From assembly GCF_009914755.1 (NCBI RefSeq), contig NC_060926.1: DNA of 64,000 bases; one strand, written 5' to 3'. A model generated the notes under the pieces. It ran no database searches and was not told where the DNA came from. It saw nothing but the letters and a program-made list of their open reading frames with translations. Within the stretch, counting starts at the first letter, position 1. Every line of letters starts with the position of its first letter. The translations under genes and the position numbers were made by a program. The stretch is from the human T2T-CHM13v2.0 reference genome, Homo sapiens. Shown here piece by piece: positions 26,710-40,300 of this stretch.

Positions 26710-28370
26710 CTTAGAGAAATACATGAAAGTTTTGACAGAAAAAAAATGATAGATATATTGAAGCTGCTTTCAAATAACCCAGAAAAATAGAGCGATAGAT
26801 GAAATGAGACTGAAAAAATATTGAAGCTTGGGGCTTACTATTCTACTGTTTACATTCATATATAATTAAAGTTTTCCACAATACATTTTAAAAATATAGA
26901 TGCATATGATTGCCACTGTGCTACAGCCTGGATGACAATGAGAATATGTCTCTAAATAAATAAAAATTTAAAAAATTTATAGGTCCAACTTATCCTAAAA
27001 TTTTCTGAAAGAGCCAGAGAATATGGCCAAGTATATTATAGTATATATTATATGGCCAAGTACATTCAAAATTATTCTTCTGAAAAAGAATAAGGAAGAG
27101 GTGAGGAGTATGCTTAGCCTAACAGATCTCAATACTTGAAAAGCTGAAATAGTTTAAAACCCATGGAATTAGCTCAAGAGTCTGTGCATGGAACAAATAG
27201 GGAGCATAGAATCAGAACCACATTTAAATGGCAACATGGTATGTGACGGAGGAGACATTGCAAATGAGTTGAGAAGTAAGAGTCTGTTCCAGTAAATGGC
27301 TTTTTAACAAAAAAGATAAAATTAGATCCCTACCTCATGCCATATATGAAAATAAATTCCCAATGAACTAAAAATCTAAATATTTTTTAAAATTATAAAA
27401 TATACAAAAAAATAGGAAAATATATGTATGTCAGAGTAACATACTGTAGCATGAACTGTGAAAATTATTATGTATTTGGGTACATTAAAATAAAACTGAA
27501 TATATAACCAAATACCCCACCAAGAAAGTGAAAAGACAAGCTACAGACTAAAAGGAGATATTTGTAAATCATTAACTGACGAGGAATTAGTATCTGAATA
27601 TAAAAGAACTGCAAAAATAAGGAAGAGCTAATGCAGCAAAAAAAAAAAAAAAAAAAGTAGACATAGAACCTGAGCAGATAATACACAGAAAAAAGGCTAA
27701 CACAATTATGAACAGCTGTGTAACTCTATTAGGAACCAGGGAAATTAAAATTGAAAGAAGACATCATTTCACGTATGTCATATCATCAGATTAGCAAAAT
27801 TTTAAGGGTTTGAAAATACCATGTATTGACAAGCATGTGCTGAAGGAGGAACTCTCCTAACACTGGCATGAGTGTCAGGTGATTGAATTACTAAGGAAAC
27901 CCAGTAGTGAAAAGTGAAAACGTGGAATAATTGTCCATTTGAATAGGATTGCATAAGGTGCAGTTGGTTCATATTATGATAAATTGGAAAATAAGTTGAA
28001 TTGAATAGCCGGATGTACATGTATATGCAGTTAAGTGAAATATACAAGTTTCAAAACTCTACAGTATGATAGTATTTATGTAATTAAAACACACACGCAC
28101 AGAGAGTGGCACCATTTTTTATGGAAGTAAAAATATAACATAGGAAGGGATAATACACAAAAATGTGAGGCTTAGAACCTCTAGGGATGAAGAGTAGAAT
28201 GGATGGGATTGCCTTAGCTACACTCTCTTAACTTTTTTTTACATATTAAGAAAACCAATCTGAAATAAATATAGCAAAATATTAGCGTCCATAAATATGA
28301 GTATTAAGCACGTGTTATTTTCTAGAAGCTTGAAATAGTTTATAGTTTTTAAATATGTTTTATATATATA
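26710..28370 (+). mobile_element. Old L1M (MC/ME) fragments, with a short Alu 3' fragment at ~26905-26965
   Basis: aaattagatccctacctcatgccatatatgaaaataaattcc; aagaaagtgaaaagacaagctacagact; ggaattagtatctgaatataaaagaact. Confidence 0.7.
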
Positions 28371-30078
28371 CAATTTCAATTGGGATGAAAGTCCATAGAT
28401 TTCCTTACCACGCCTTCGTGCCATTATTTTATCTTTCAGTAACTCCCTCCTCTTTTTCCTTCATAGGACATATCACAATTTGCAACTATTTTATAGTATA
28501 CTAGTTTTCTTTTGTGTATCTGTCTTATTTTGCATTCCTATTAGGAAAGGGCAGAAGAACCTTGTAGCACCATATTAGAAACTTCCAGGCCAAACTTGGC
28601 CATCAATTAGAACTAAATTTTAACAAATCCATTCAGAGCATTCATCGTGTTCACAGTGATAACCAAGTGACACTGTCACATATTTTCTTCAGATCCTTTC
28701 ATACATATTTATTACCAAGTCTTAAAAGTAGGGACCCATATCTTCCCCAGGTGTTCAGCTCCAGTCCCCACAGTGACATTTAGAAAAATCACCCATGGAA
28801 ATTGCTTCTGTGCTATAAATACACTATCACTGTCACACTGTATATACAGTTATATGTTCCACATAACATTCTTCTCCTGAGGTATTAAAACAGAATATTA
28901 TTTCTTTAGTTGATCATCAGTAAAGTAGTTGTCTTGTGTTTGGGAACCATTGTGAAAGAAAAATATGTAGGTTTGCTCTGATGTTTCTTTCCCTAGTGCA
29001 TCAGTTGAACTTGTGAGAATGGACTTCACTGCAAACTCATTCCATTTGTTGTAACGGAAAAAGCCACAGCCAAGGAGCCAGAATATTCTCACTCTAGGTT
29101 TAGTTCTGTTACAGTTTACTCTGACTTTGGTTAAATCATTTAACCTGTTTCTTCTTTCGCAAAATGTGAGAATAGATTGGGCTTCAAAGTATTATAATTT
29201 GCATCAGATTCTAGTAATCCCTCTTCCCTCCAAATATAGTATGCCACCAATAGTCCCTTCTGCTTGAGTTATTTATAGTGTTATATTTGATGACATCTTT
29301 GTGTTTTCAAAGTTTATGCTTGTGTGCTATTATTTACCCACGTATATATATATTATATATATATACATAAGTTTAATCGAATATTTTATTATGGCTTGTA
29401 GATCCCACAAAAATGAAAATCGTGAATTATTTTATTGGATTTTGTTTGGGGGCTGGCTTAATTAAACAGATAATGCACTCAAAGTATCGTACATTAGAAC
29501 TGTGGAAAAGACAGTTTAAAAACTAGATCTTAGTAAAAATAGGAAATGATGGTTGGAAAAGGGAGTTGTATGTGTATGTTGTTCCACTGACAATGAAACA
29601 AAATTTATGTACTTAATGATTTTTAACAACTATCTTCAAAGCTGCCTTTCACTGGCATAAGTAAATGTTAACTTTGGAACGGTTCATGAACACAGAGGAA
29701 TATTCTAACTGGAATTTTTAAAAGAAAGTAACAAAAGAATTAAGAGCTGGAAGGAATGATTTACCTGGAACATTTTTAAAAACAGATAGTCATCTGATAT
29801 CACGAAATGTTATTTATAAACCTTAATATCTACATTTGTCTCATGTATGTGCTAATTGTGGTGAGCTTAACCCTACTTGTTAACAGAATATGCAGGCATA
29901 TAAACAGTATATTTTAAAAGGTTTTACTGTCTTAAAATATCTTCTACCATATGACTGAAATTCCCACCATTAATGTGATCCCTTTGGGGTGGTTCCTTTG
30001 TGATGACTATTAAAATCCCCATATAGATAGCAGTCTGGTAGTTAAAAATGTAAAAAAATTAAAAAAAAAAAAGTGCCT

Positions 30079-30407
<329 letters not shown>

Positions 30408-30442
30408 TTACCTAAATTCTCATAAAAGATGTTCTACTTAGA

Positions 30443-30789
<347 letters not shown>

Positions 30790-32561
30790 TTATCTATAAA
30801 TACTGATTAAAAAAAAAAGTACACTGTCTGCCTTATAAGCTAAAATGAGTGAATACAGGCAAAATGCCTTACATTTTACTTTACATTTACTAAGCACCCA
30901 GAAAATGTTAACTATGATGACAATTATGATGATGATGATATTGATATTTTCAAGGAGGGACATCGTACATTTTATTAATAGTTATTCAGAAATTCTAACT
31001 AAACAGGGAGTAGGTCTCCAGACAAAAGAGACATGTGACAGTTATGCGTTTGGAAGAGTGGGAGAGAAGCCTGGAAAAGATCGAGAAGAGAGATGCAAAT
31101 ATTAATATCTTTAGATGCAGGCAGATCATGTAACTATGAGAAGCAGCCAGGTGTATGACAAGAGGGATGAATCACAGCCGCTGTGGAAGTAAGAGTTCCC
31201 AGTATTTATTCTTTCTATTCTTGCTGGCATTAGTCCTAAAATATCATGAGTCGAGAATAATAATCACAGCAGTAATAATTGGCATTTATCGAACTTTCAT
31301 TAAACATTCAATGGGAGGGACTGCACTGACATTTTATGTGCATTATCTTACTTACTTAGCGCAATCTATGAGGCATCTGAAGCTTGGAAAGATTTTAAGT
31401 AGCTGCCTTTTTATGAAGCCAGTAAGCAGTCAGGCGAGCCTTTGATTCTACGTTAGTCTGACTGTGGGGTCTTGTGCTTTAATATCATTATATTGTATTG
31501 TTTCCCACAGTGAGTGTTGAAAACAGCATAATCAATCTTTCTTAATCTAGCATCTTTTCCAAATTTCCGCAAACATAACATTTTGCATCCAACTCAGAAA
31601 ATATAGTAAGGTGTACTGCTAATTAATAAAACAGCACATAGACTCCATTTTAAATGAGATAAGCTCTACAAATATTAGACAGTCTGGGTTCAAACACCCT
31701 GTATTTGCTTACTAACTCTTTTATGCGTAAAACTTTTTGTACTGGCATCATGCATCTTTCTCTTCTGATGCCATGGCTAATAGTCAGAACTTTGGCCTCT
31801 TGGTTTTTTCTGAAACTGAACCACCTCAGTCTTCATTTGTATTTATTTATTTGAGTGGTATTTTCATTTCCTTTGAGTAAAAGGAGAAAGGAAGAAGAGT
31901 TGCTGACGCTGTCATGACTGAAGGGGTAAGATTAGGCATTGTGGCACCTCTCAGCCAGGGCTGCTTCCTTACAGGAAGTGCTTCAGAGCTGCGGAGATGG
32001 GAGTGATTTAGCAGCTGCCTCCCCCTTGATTGACCGCATCAGGCTTTAAAAATATCAATGGATTCATCAGCATCAACCCTTTGCAGAACTCTCTTGAAGA
32101 CTATCTTAATGGAAACATGTGAGAGTTTTATGAGTGCACTCCAAGATATGATTTATGGGAAATAGTCGCAACAAGTGTTTGCTTGAAGTCTGTTAGAGTC
32201 ATTCCTCTGAACTCTAGGCACTATCAGAACATCAATAAAGCATGAATTTTGAGTAAAGACCAAGGCAGATAAATAAGTATTGGCGTTGGTATTTCTGGAA
32301 ATTTTTCTGGAACATTTATCAAGGACAATTTGCTAGAAGAAATGGATAGTAACCTGATGCTTAAAAGTTGAAGAGGGAGGGAGGGAGGAGGGAAGGAAGA
32401 GATAATACATTTGACTAGATTGAAAATGTATATTTACATGCTCAGAATATGGGATTAGGAAAAGAAAAAGTGTAGTAAGCAAGGGGAAGTATTGCAGAAT
32501 GGAGATTTGTGCTTGGCTCAGGCATGTAGACAGCAAGCAAGTGAGGGATAAATGAGAACAC

Positions 32562-32622
32562 TGAAGATGATAACTATGTGAGGCAACACAATTGTTAATT
32601 AGCTAGATTTAACCATTTCACG

Positions 32623-32665
<43 letters not shown>

Positions 32666-32765
32666 CATACATATATATATGTATATACTTTGAAACATTA
32701 TGTTGTACATGATAAATACACACAATGTTGTCTGTCAAATTAAAAAAATAAAAGAATAAAAATTA
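32562..32765 (+). mobile_element. L1MA 3' end containing a (TG)n/(TA)n microsatellite (32623-32686)
   Basis: gataactatgtgagg...tgttaattagctagatttaaccatttcac...atgttgtacatgataaatacacacaat followed by an A-rich tail. Confidence 0.75.
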
Positions 32766-35700
32766 TAAAACCAATTTCTACTGTACCAGATATCACCTCT
32801 TAGTTTCTAGTTACTTTTCATTTCAACCTCATGATAAGGGTGGGTTTCCTTTCCAGTGGTAAAAAAAATGTGAGCTTTAAAAATGATGCTTACTCTTACA
32901 CTTTACATAAATTAACATATTTTAGTTCTCACTGCAATTCTGTGAAATAGGTTCTATTTTTAATCTTAATTTTACAGATGATGAAACTGGAATGTCAAGA
33001 AGTTCAATAACTTTCCAAAGGATCTTACTGTTAGTAAAGTTGTGAAGCCAGATTCAAACCCAGACCAGTCTCAGTTCAGTGTTTGAACTCTTAATATAAT
33101 GCCTGTCTGTAGACGCTTCAAAGTTTCTACTTAATTATATATAATTCTTAATCTAACTTGATTTTAACATATGCGGAATTCTCCATGGGTGTAGTTAATT
33201 TTCCAAGTATAAAATAAAATCTTTGTAATTTACTTAAAGTCTTTATCGTATAGCTTTATTTATAGTGCCCCAAAAGTAAAAACATTTATAATTTAACACA
33301 TTTGCTCTTGCCTTTATCTTTTTTTCTATAAAAGTTACCTTTACATTGTCTAGGTAATATTTACAAAACCACAAGATGCTTGCAAAAGTACTAAATGCTT
33401 TTTGCTATATACAAAGATGTTCTTTGAAACGTTATTTTTGTTGCATTCTTGGAAGTCAATTAATTCTCTAATTTTCAAAATTGTATTATGTCTATAGTAA
33501 CAAAATTGATTACCTTATAATTTCTGAATAATAAACTATGCATGTGTAAAGCAGTGTGCAAAAGAGTACTATATGACCTGCATTAATTTTACTAACATTT
33601 GGGGAAAAGTATCAGTTATAACCACCTAAATCAACATACAAATATCAGTAGTGTGTCTATACTTCAGTAATGGACTAGAAATGATCATTTCTCTGTGTTG
33701 TGAACATTCAAAATCCTCTCTTGTAGCTTTCTGAAAATATACACTAAATTATTGTTAGCCATTTTCACCCTACAGGGGCCACAGAACACTAGAATTTATT
33801 TCTCCCATCTAGCTATAACTTTTTATCTATTCATCAACGTCTTCCTGTCCTCCCTCTTCCCCTACAATTCCCAGCCTCTAATAATCACAGTTCTACTCTC
33901 TACTTTTATTAGCCCAAATTTTTTTTAGCTCTCACATATAAATGAGAACATGAGTGGTATTTGTCTTCCTGTGTCTGACTTATTTTATTTAACATAATGT
34001 CCTCCAGGTTCATTCATGTGGCCATGAATGACAGGATTTTATTATTTCATGGGTGAAAAGTATTCTATTGTGTATATATACCACATTTTCTTTATCCATT
34101 CATCTGTTGATGGACAATTAGGTTGATTCTGTATACTGGCTATTGTGAATAGCGCTGCAGTAAAGTTGGTATCTCTTCAATATACTGATTTCCTTTCTTT
34201 TGGATAAATATCCATTAGTGGGATTACTGGATCATGTGGTAGTTATATTTGTAGTTTTTTAAAAGATACCTCCATACTATATTCCATAATGGCTGTACTA
34301 ATTTACATTCTTACCAACAGTGTATTCGTGTCACCTTTTCTCCACATTTTTTGCAGCACTTGTTATTTTTTTGTCTTTTTTATGAAAGCCATTCTAGTTG
34401 GAGTGACATGATGTCTGATTGTGGTTTTGATTTGCATTTCTTTGATGATTAGTGATGCCGAGCATTTTTTAATAATACTTGTTGGCTATTTATATGTCTT
34501 CTTTAGAAAAATAACTGTTCAGATCCTCTGACCATTTTTAATTGGATTGGTTTTTTGTTCTTGAGTTGTTTGAATTCCTCATATAGTCTGGATATTAGTC
34601 TCTTGTCAGATGAATAGTTTGAAAATATTTTCTTCACTCTGTTGATTGTTTCCTTTGTTGTGCACAAGCTTTTTATCCTGATATAGTCCCATGTATCTAT
34701 TTTTGTTTCTGTTGCCTACATTTTTGAAGTCTTACCCATGAACTCTTTCCTTAGACCAATGAGATGAAGAATTTCCCCTGTGTTTTCTTCTGAGAGTTTT
34801 ATGGTTTTGAGCCTTATGTTTAAGTCTTTAATTCATTTGGAATTGATTTTTGTATACAGTGAGAGATAGGAGTCTGGTTTACTTTTTCTGCATATAGATA
34901 TTCAGTTCTCACCAAACCACTTATTGAAAAGACTTATCCTTCCCCCATTGTATGTTCTTGCCAGCTTTGTTGAAAACAGGTTGGCTGTAAATGCATGGAT
35001 TTCTATTTGGGTCTTCTGTTCTGTTCCAGTGGTCTATGTGTGTGTTTTGATGCCAGTACCACACTATTTTGGTTACTACAGCTTTGTAGTGGATTTTGAA
35101 GTCAGGTAATGTGATGCCTCCAGCTTTGTTCTTTTTGCTGAGAATTGCTTTGGCTATTCAGGGTCTTTTGTAGTTCCATATGACTTTTAGAGTGTTTTTT
35201 TTTTTATTCTGTGAAGAATGTCATTGGTGTTTGATAGAGATTGCGTAGATTTGTAAATTGCTTTGAGTAGTATGGTCGTTTTAACAATATGAATTCTTCC
35301 AATCTGTGAGCATGGATGTCTTACTATTTTTTGTGTCCTCTTCAATGTCTTTCATCAGACATTTCTTCAATGTCTTTTCATCACACCACTATGCCTCGCT
35401 AAGGTTTGTAATGTTCATTGTAAGATCTTTCTTACAATGTGTTAGATTTATTCACAGGTTTTTTTTATTTGTAGCTGTTTTAAATTGATTTATCTCTTTC
35501 TTTTTCAACTAGTTCATTATCAAAGTATAGAAACACTACTGATATTTGTATGCTGATTATGTATCCTGCGACTTTACTCTTAATTTATTTATCAGTTCTA
35601 ACATCTTTTTGGTGGACTCTTCAGGTTTTTCTACATATAAAATCATGTCATCTGCAAAGAAGGACAATTTGACTTACTTTTCCAATTTGGATGTCCTTTA

Positions 35701-36541
35701 TTTCTCTTGCCCAATTGCTATGATCAAGACTTCTAGAACTATGTTGAATAAGAGTGGTGAAAGTGGGCATCCTTGTCTTTTTCCAGTTTTTAGAGTAAAG
35801 GCTTTCAGCTTTTCCCTATTCAGTATGATGTTAGCTGTGTGTTTGTCATATATGGCCTTTATTGTGTTGATCTATGTTCCTTCTATATCTAATTTCTTGA
35901 CAGTTTTTAATCATGAAGGATTGTAAGATTTTATCAAATGCTTTTTCTACATCTATTAAGATAATAACGTGGTTTTGGCCTTTATTTTGTTGATGAGTTG
36001 TAACACATGTATTGATTTGTGTGTGTTGATGTGTTTACATTTTCATTCATTTCAATAACATTTTTTAAACTTCCATCTTTGTTTCTTCACTGACCTAATA
36101 AATGGTTAGGAGCATGTTATTTAATGTTCATGTATTTTTATACTTTCTAAAGTTCTTCTTATTATTGATTTCTAGTTTCTTTTTCATTGTGGACTGAGAA
36201 GATACTTTACATGACTTTGATATTTTTCTATTTGTTAAGATTTGTTTTGTGGCCTAAAATATGGTCTATCCTGGAGAATATTCCATGTGCTGATGAAAAG
36301 AAAGTGTATTCTTCAGCCATTGGATTTAATGATCTGTAAATGTCTGTTATTGTCATTTGGTCTATACTGAAGTTAAGTTCTATGTTTCTTTGTTGACTTT
36401 TGTCTAAATCATCTTTCCAATGCTGAAATGTGGTGGTGAAGTCCTATTATTGCTTTTGTGTCTCTCTTTAATAATATTTGCTTTATATATCTGAATGCTC
36501 CAGTGTTAGTTGCTATATATACTTAGAATAGTTATATCCTT

Positions 36542-36845
36542 TGCCGGGTGTGGTGGCTTACCCCTGTAATCCCAGCACTTTGGGAGGCCGAGTCGGGCAG
36601 ATCACAAGACCAGGAGATCAAGACCATCCTGGCTAACATGGTGAAACCCCATCTCTACTAAAAATACAAAAAATTAGCCGGGTGTGGTGGCGGGTGCTTG
36701 TAGTCTCAGATACTCAGGAGGTTGAGGCAGGAGAATGGTGTGAACCCGGGAGGCAGAGCTTGCAGTGAGCCAAGATTGCGCCACTGCACTCTAGCCTCGG
36801 TGACAGAGCAAGACTCCATCTAAAAAAAAAAAAAAGAATTATAAA
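36542..36845 (+). mobile_element. AluY nested in the L1MA
   Basis: AluY motifs. Near-perfect TSD agaat(a/t)gttatatcct at 36525-36540 and 36846-36861. Confidence 0.9.
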
Positions 36846-37013
36846 AGAATTGTTATATCCTCTTGCTGAATCAATCCCTTAATTATTATATATAATGCTT
36901 TTGTCTCTTTTCATTTTGTAACTTAAAATCTATTTTGTCTGATGTAATTATAGTTATTTCTGCATGCTTTTGTATTCTGTTTACATGGAATATCTTTTTT
37001 TCATCCCTTCACT

Positions 37014-37312
37014 TTTATTTATTTATTTTTTTTGAGACAGGGTCTCTCTCTGTCACCCAGGCTAAAGTGCACTGGTGCAATCACAGCTCACTGCAGCATC
37101 GACCTCCTGGGTTCCTGAGAATATGGCACTATAGGCACATACCACCATATCTGGCTAATGTTTGTGGGTTTTTTTTTTTTTTTTTTTTTTTTTTTACAGA
37201 TTGGGTCTCACTATGTTGCCCATGCTGGTCTTGAACTCCTGGGCTCAAGTGATCCTCCTGCCTCAGCCCTCTGAGTCACTGGGATTACAGGCATGAGCCA
37301 TCATGCCCAGCT
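37014..37312 (-). mobile_element. AluJ nested in the L1MA
   Basis: J-type motifs. TSD catcccttcact at 37002-37013 and 37315-37326. Confidence 0.88.
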
Positions 37313-40300
37313 TCCATCCCTTCACTGTTATTCTTTGTGTATCTTTACAGATGAAGTGAGTTTCTTGTGGGCAACATATAATTGGGTTTTGTGTTTTTAT
37401 CCATTCATCCAGTCTATATTTTTTAACTGAAAAATTTAAACTGTTTACATTTAAGGTTCTTATTTATAGGTGAGGACTTAATCCTATCATTTTGTAAATC
37501 AGTTTTTGATTGTTTTGTGTATAGTTGGTTCCTTTCTTACTTTCTTATTGTACATATTTGTGTTTTGGTGGTTTTTCTGTAATGATAACATTTAATTTGT
37601 TTCTCATTTGTTTCTTTCTCATTTGTGTATCTGCTGTACCGGTACATTTTATACTTTTATGTATTTTTATGATGGTAGATATCATTTTTTACTTCCAGAT
37701 GTTAGACTTCCTGAAGCATTTCCCGTAGGACCAGACTAATGGCAATTAATTCACTCAGGTTCACCTCTCTGGTAAATAATTTATTTCTCTTTCATTTTGA
37801 AGCATAGCTTTGCTGAGTTATTTTTAACTAACTTTTTATAAAAACACTTTGAATATATTATCCCCTTCTCTCCTGAACTGTAGATTTCTGCTCAGAAATC
37901 TGCTGTTAATGTGAGAGAGATTCCCTTTTATATGAATTGATGCTTTTCTGTTACTGTTTTAAAAATTACCTATCTTTGACTTTTGATGGTTTGACTATAA
38001 TGTCTCTTGGAGAGAATCTTTTTGAATTAAATATATGTTGGATTGTTTCAGCTTCTTGTGTTTGGATGTCTAATATCTCTTCCAATATTTGGTCATTTGA
38101 TGTTTTCCCACATTTTTCCATTCTTTAAATTTGTTTTTTTGTTTTTTGTTTTTTGGTCTGACTGGGTTATTTCAAAAGACCTATCTTCAAGTTTAGAAAT
38201 TCTTACTTCTGCTTGAGCTAGCCTATTGTTGAAGCTCTCAGTTGTATTTCTTATTTTATTCATTGAATTCTTCAGTTCAAGGATCAGCTTGTTTCCTTTT
38301 TATATCTAATACTCTTGAATTTCCCATTCAGATCCTGAATGATTTTCTAATTTTTTTATTGTCTATCCGTATTCTCTTGTATCTCACTGAGTTTCTTTAA
38401 GACCATTATTTTGAATTACTTATCAGGCATTTCATGGGTTTCCTTTTCTGTGAGGTCTGTTGCTGGAGAATTACGGTTTTCGTTTGGAAGTGTCATGTTT
38501 CCGTGCTTTTTCATGTTTCTGTATCATTACATGATAGCTGCACATCTGGCATAATAATTGCTTCTTCCAGTTTTATGGAGGTAGCTTTCATATGGAAAGA
38601 ATTTTTCTTGTAGATGCATCTATAGTGTAAATTGGATAGGGTACTTTAGTTTTGGTTTTGGGTGGGCATTGTAGCCTAGTGTCCATATGATTTCCTTGGC
38701 TGTAGTCAGTATCAGTAATGTCTACGTTCCTCAGTGGCTTAGGCAGCAGTTGTTTGTGGAGGCTGTGGTGAGGCTTTGCTGGAGACTGTGGTGCCAGGCA
38801 GGACAATCCTCAGGCCCCTAGGTGGCACATGTGTGGACACTGGCTGTGGTGATGATGGGCTGGGCAGGCTGGGCCTTGGATCCCTGGTTGGTGCATGCAG
38901 GCACTAGCAGTGGTTATAGCAACCCAGAAGGGCTGTATTTCCTCTCCGTAGATGATACGCATATGCAGGTGTGTGGTGGTCCCACAACTGGAGGGGATGG
39001 TCATAGCAATGGTAGTCCCAGGCATGTGGCCTTCAGGCTCTGTTAGCCCATTCTTCAGTTCCCTATGTCCTGTGCGTGGCCCACATAATGTGCTTGACCA
39101 ATTGTTCCTAGGGGTGTAGGGCACTGCATAGGCTTGGGTGCTGGAGATGCAGCTGAAGCACTGGGTCCAGCTGGTGTCACAATGCCATAGCACTCTGAGT
39201 GGATGTGGAGAGATGTTGGCAGGACCCCAAGGATGTCAACATGCAGCGGTTATTGGGCCCCAGGGCAGGGTGTAGTCTGAATGTTGGCTCTGCTTTTAAA
39301 ATGGTGCCATGCTGCAGCGGCTTGAGTCCTGGGGAGTGGGTAGGACCAAGCATGAATTTCCTCTCTAGAACAATGTAGTAATGTGAACTACATGCAGCTG
39401 CCTGTACTTGGCTAGGGCCTGTGAGAAGCAAGAAGCTCTTCTGTAGCTAGGATTGCAGGTATCTATGATGGGAATATGGTTTACTGAGGATCTCTCACTT
39501 ACATTTTTCTTGCAGTGGGGACTCCATCCTGGCTTTGAGCCAGTCCTGGCTGGCTGCTTTGCTTTCCTCTCTGTGCTGCCATCTCAAGTTTCTGTACTTC
39601 AGAGGGTCCCTGTCACTTCCCTGCTGAATTCCAGTGTTCTCCCTTAGACACTGTATTTGACATGTTAGCTACAAACAGTTTTGGTTCTTCTCTGCGAAGC
39701 ATGTTATCTTATTAACATAGCTGTCATTGTCATCAATATTTGCTAATACAGACTACCCAAATAGTACTGTCATTTAATTGGGCTCTATGCATTTCATAAA
39801 GTTGGGCACCCTTGCTATTGAGGAGCAATAGCAACAGAAAGATCATATGAACCAAAAGCTAAACAAATTGAACATTTACACATATTACACAATTTCATAG
39901 AACTATGTAGCCAGCATTAGGAAATATTTGCTATCCATTCACCTCTTCCTCTTGTCCAGAGCCCACACAGAGCAAATCATATATGTGGAAGGATTATAGA
40001 GCGCTAGAAATAATAGCCTTCATGGGGATGAGAAATGCTCTAAGGTGAAATATGAAGACTGTATTAGGAGAAAATATTTTGAGTTGGTCTTAAAGGATGA
40101 CTCAGTAATATACTAGAGGTTGGAGAAAGTAGTCTATACCAGTATTGTGCTAGATTATCCTTATGAAGGTTTTAATTATGTGGTGTGAATTTGAAAAGCT
40201 GTTCAAACATTCGGTAACATGCTAGGAATACACTTCTTTTCATTTAGACATACCCTTCCTTTTCTTTCTTTAGGGATGGTTAAATAGTTGATAGCACTTT

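Larger units (their letters stand above)
33682..39690 (-). mobile_element. ~6 kb L1MA-type LINE-1 (3' tail missing, internal ORF2 deletion near 36030, GC-richer 5' region ~38700-39690)
   Basis: Continuous antisense L1 homology (gaacattcaaaatcctctctt; gtggttttgatttgcatttc; atgttgaataagagtggtgaaagtgggcatccttgtctt; ttttgtggcctaaaatatggtctatcctggagaat). No intact ORF. Confidence 0.85.

Noticed and set aside
28650-28840. Repeated CACAGTG/CACTGT words and the palindrome gtgacactgtcac, suggesting RSS heptamers
   Set aside because: The nonamer-like agaaaaatc lies only 6 nt from the heptamer, not 12 or 23. The words are short enough to occur by chance.
38700-39690. GC-richer region with several ORFs, suggesting a promoter or exon
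   Set aside because: It is contiguous with the antisense L1MA, best explained as its 5' region, and CpG-depleted.
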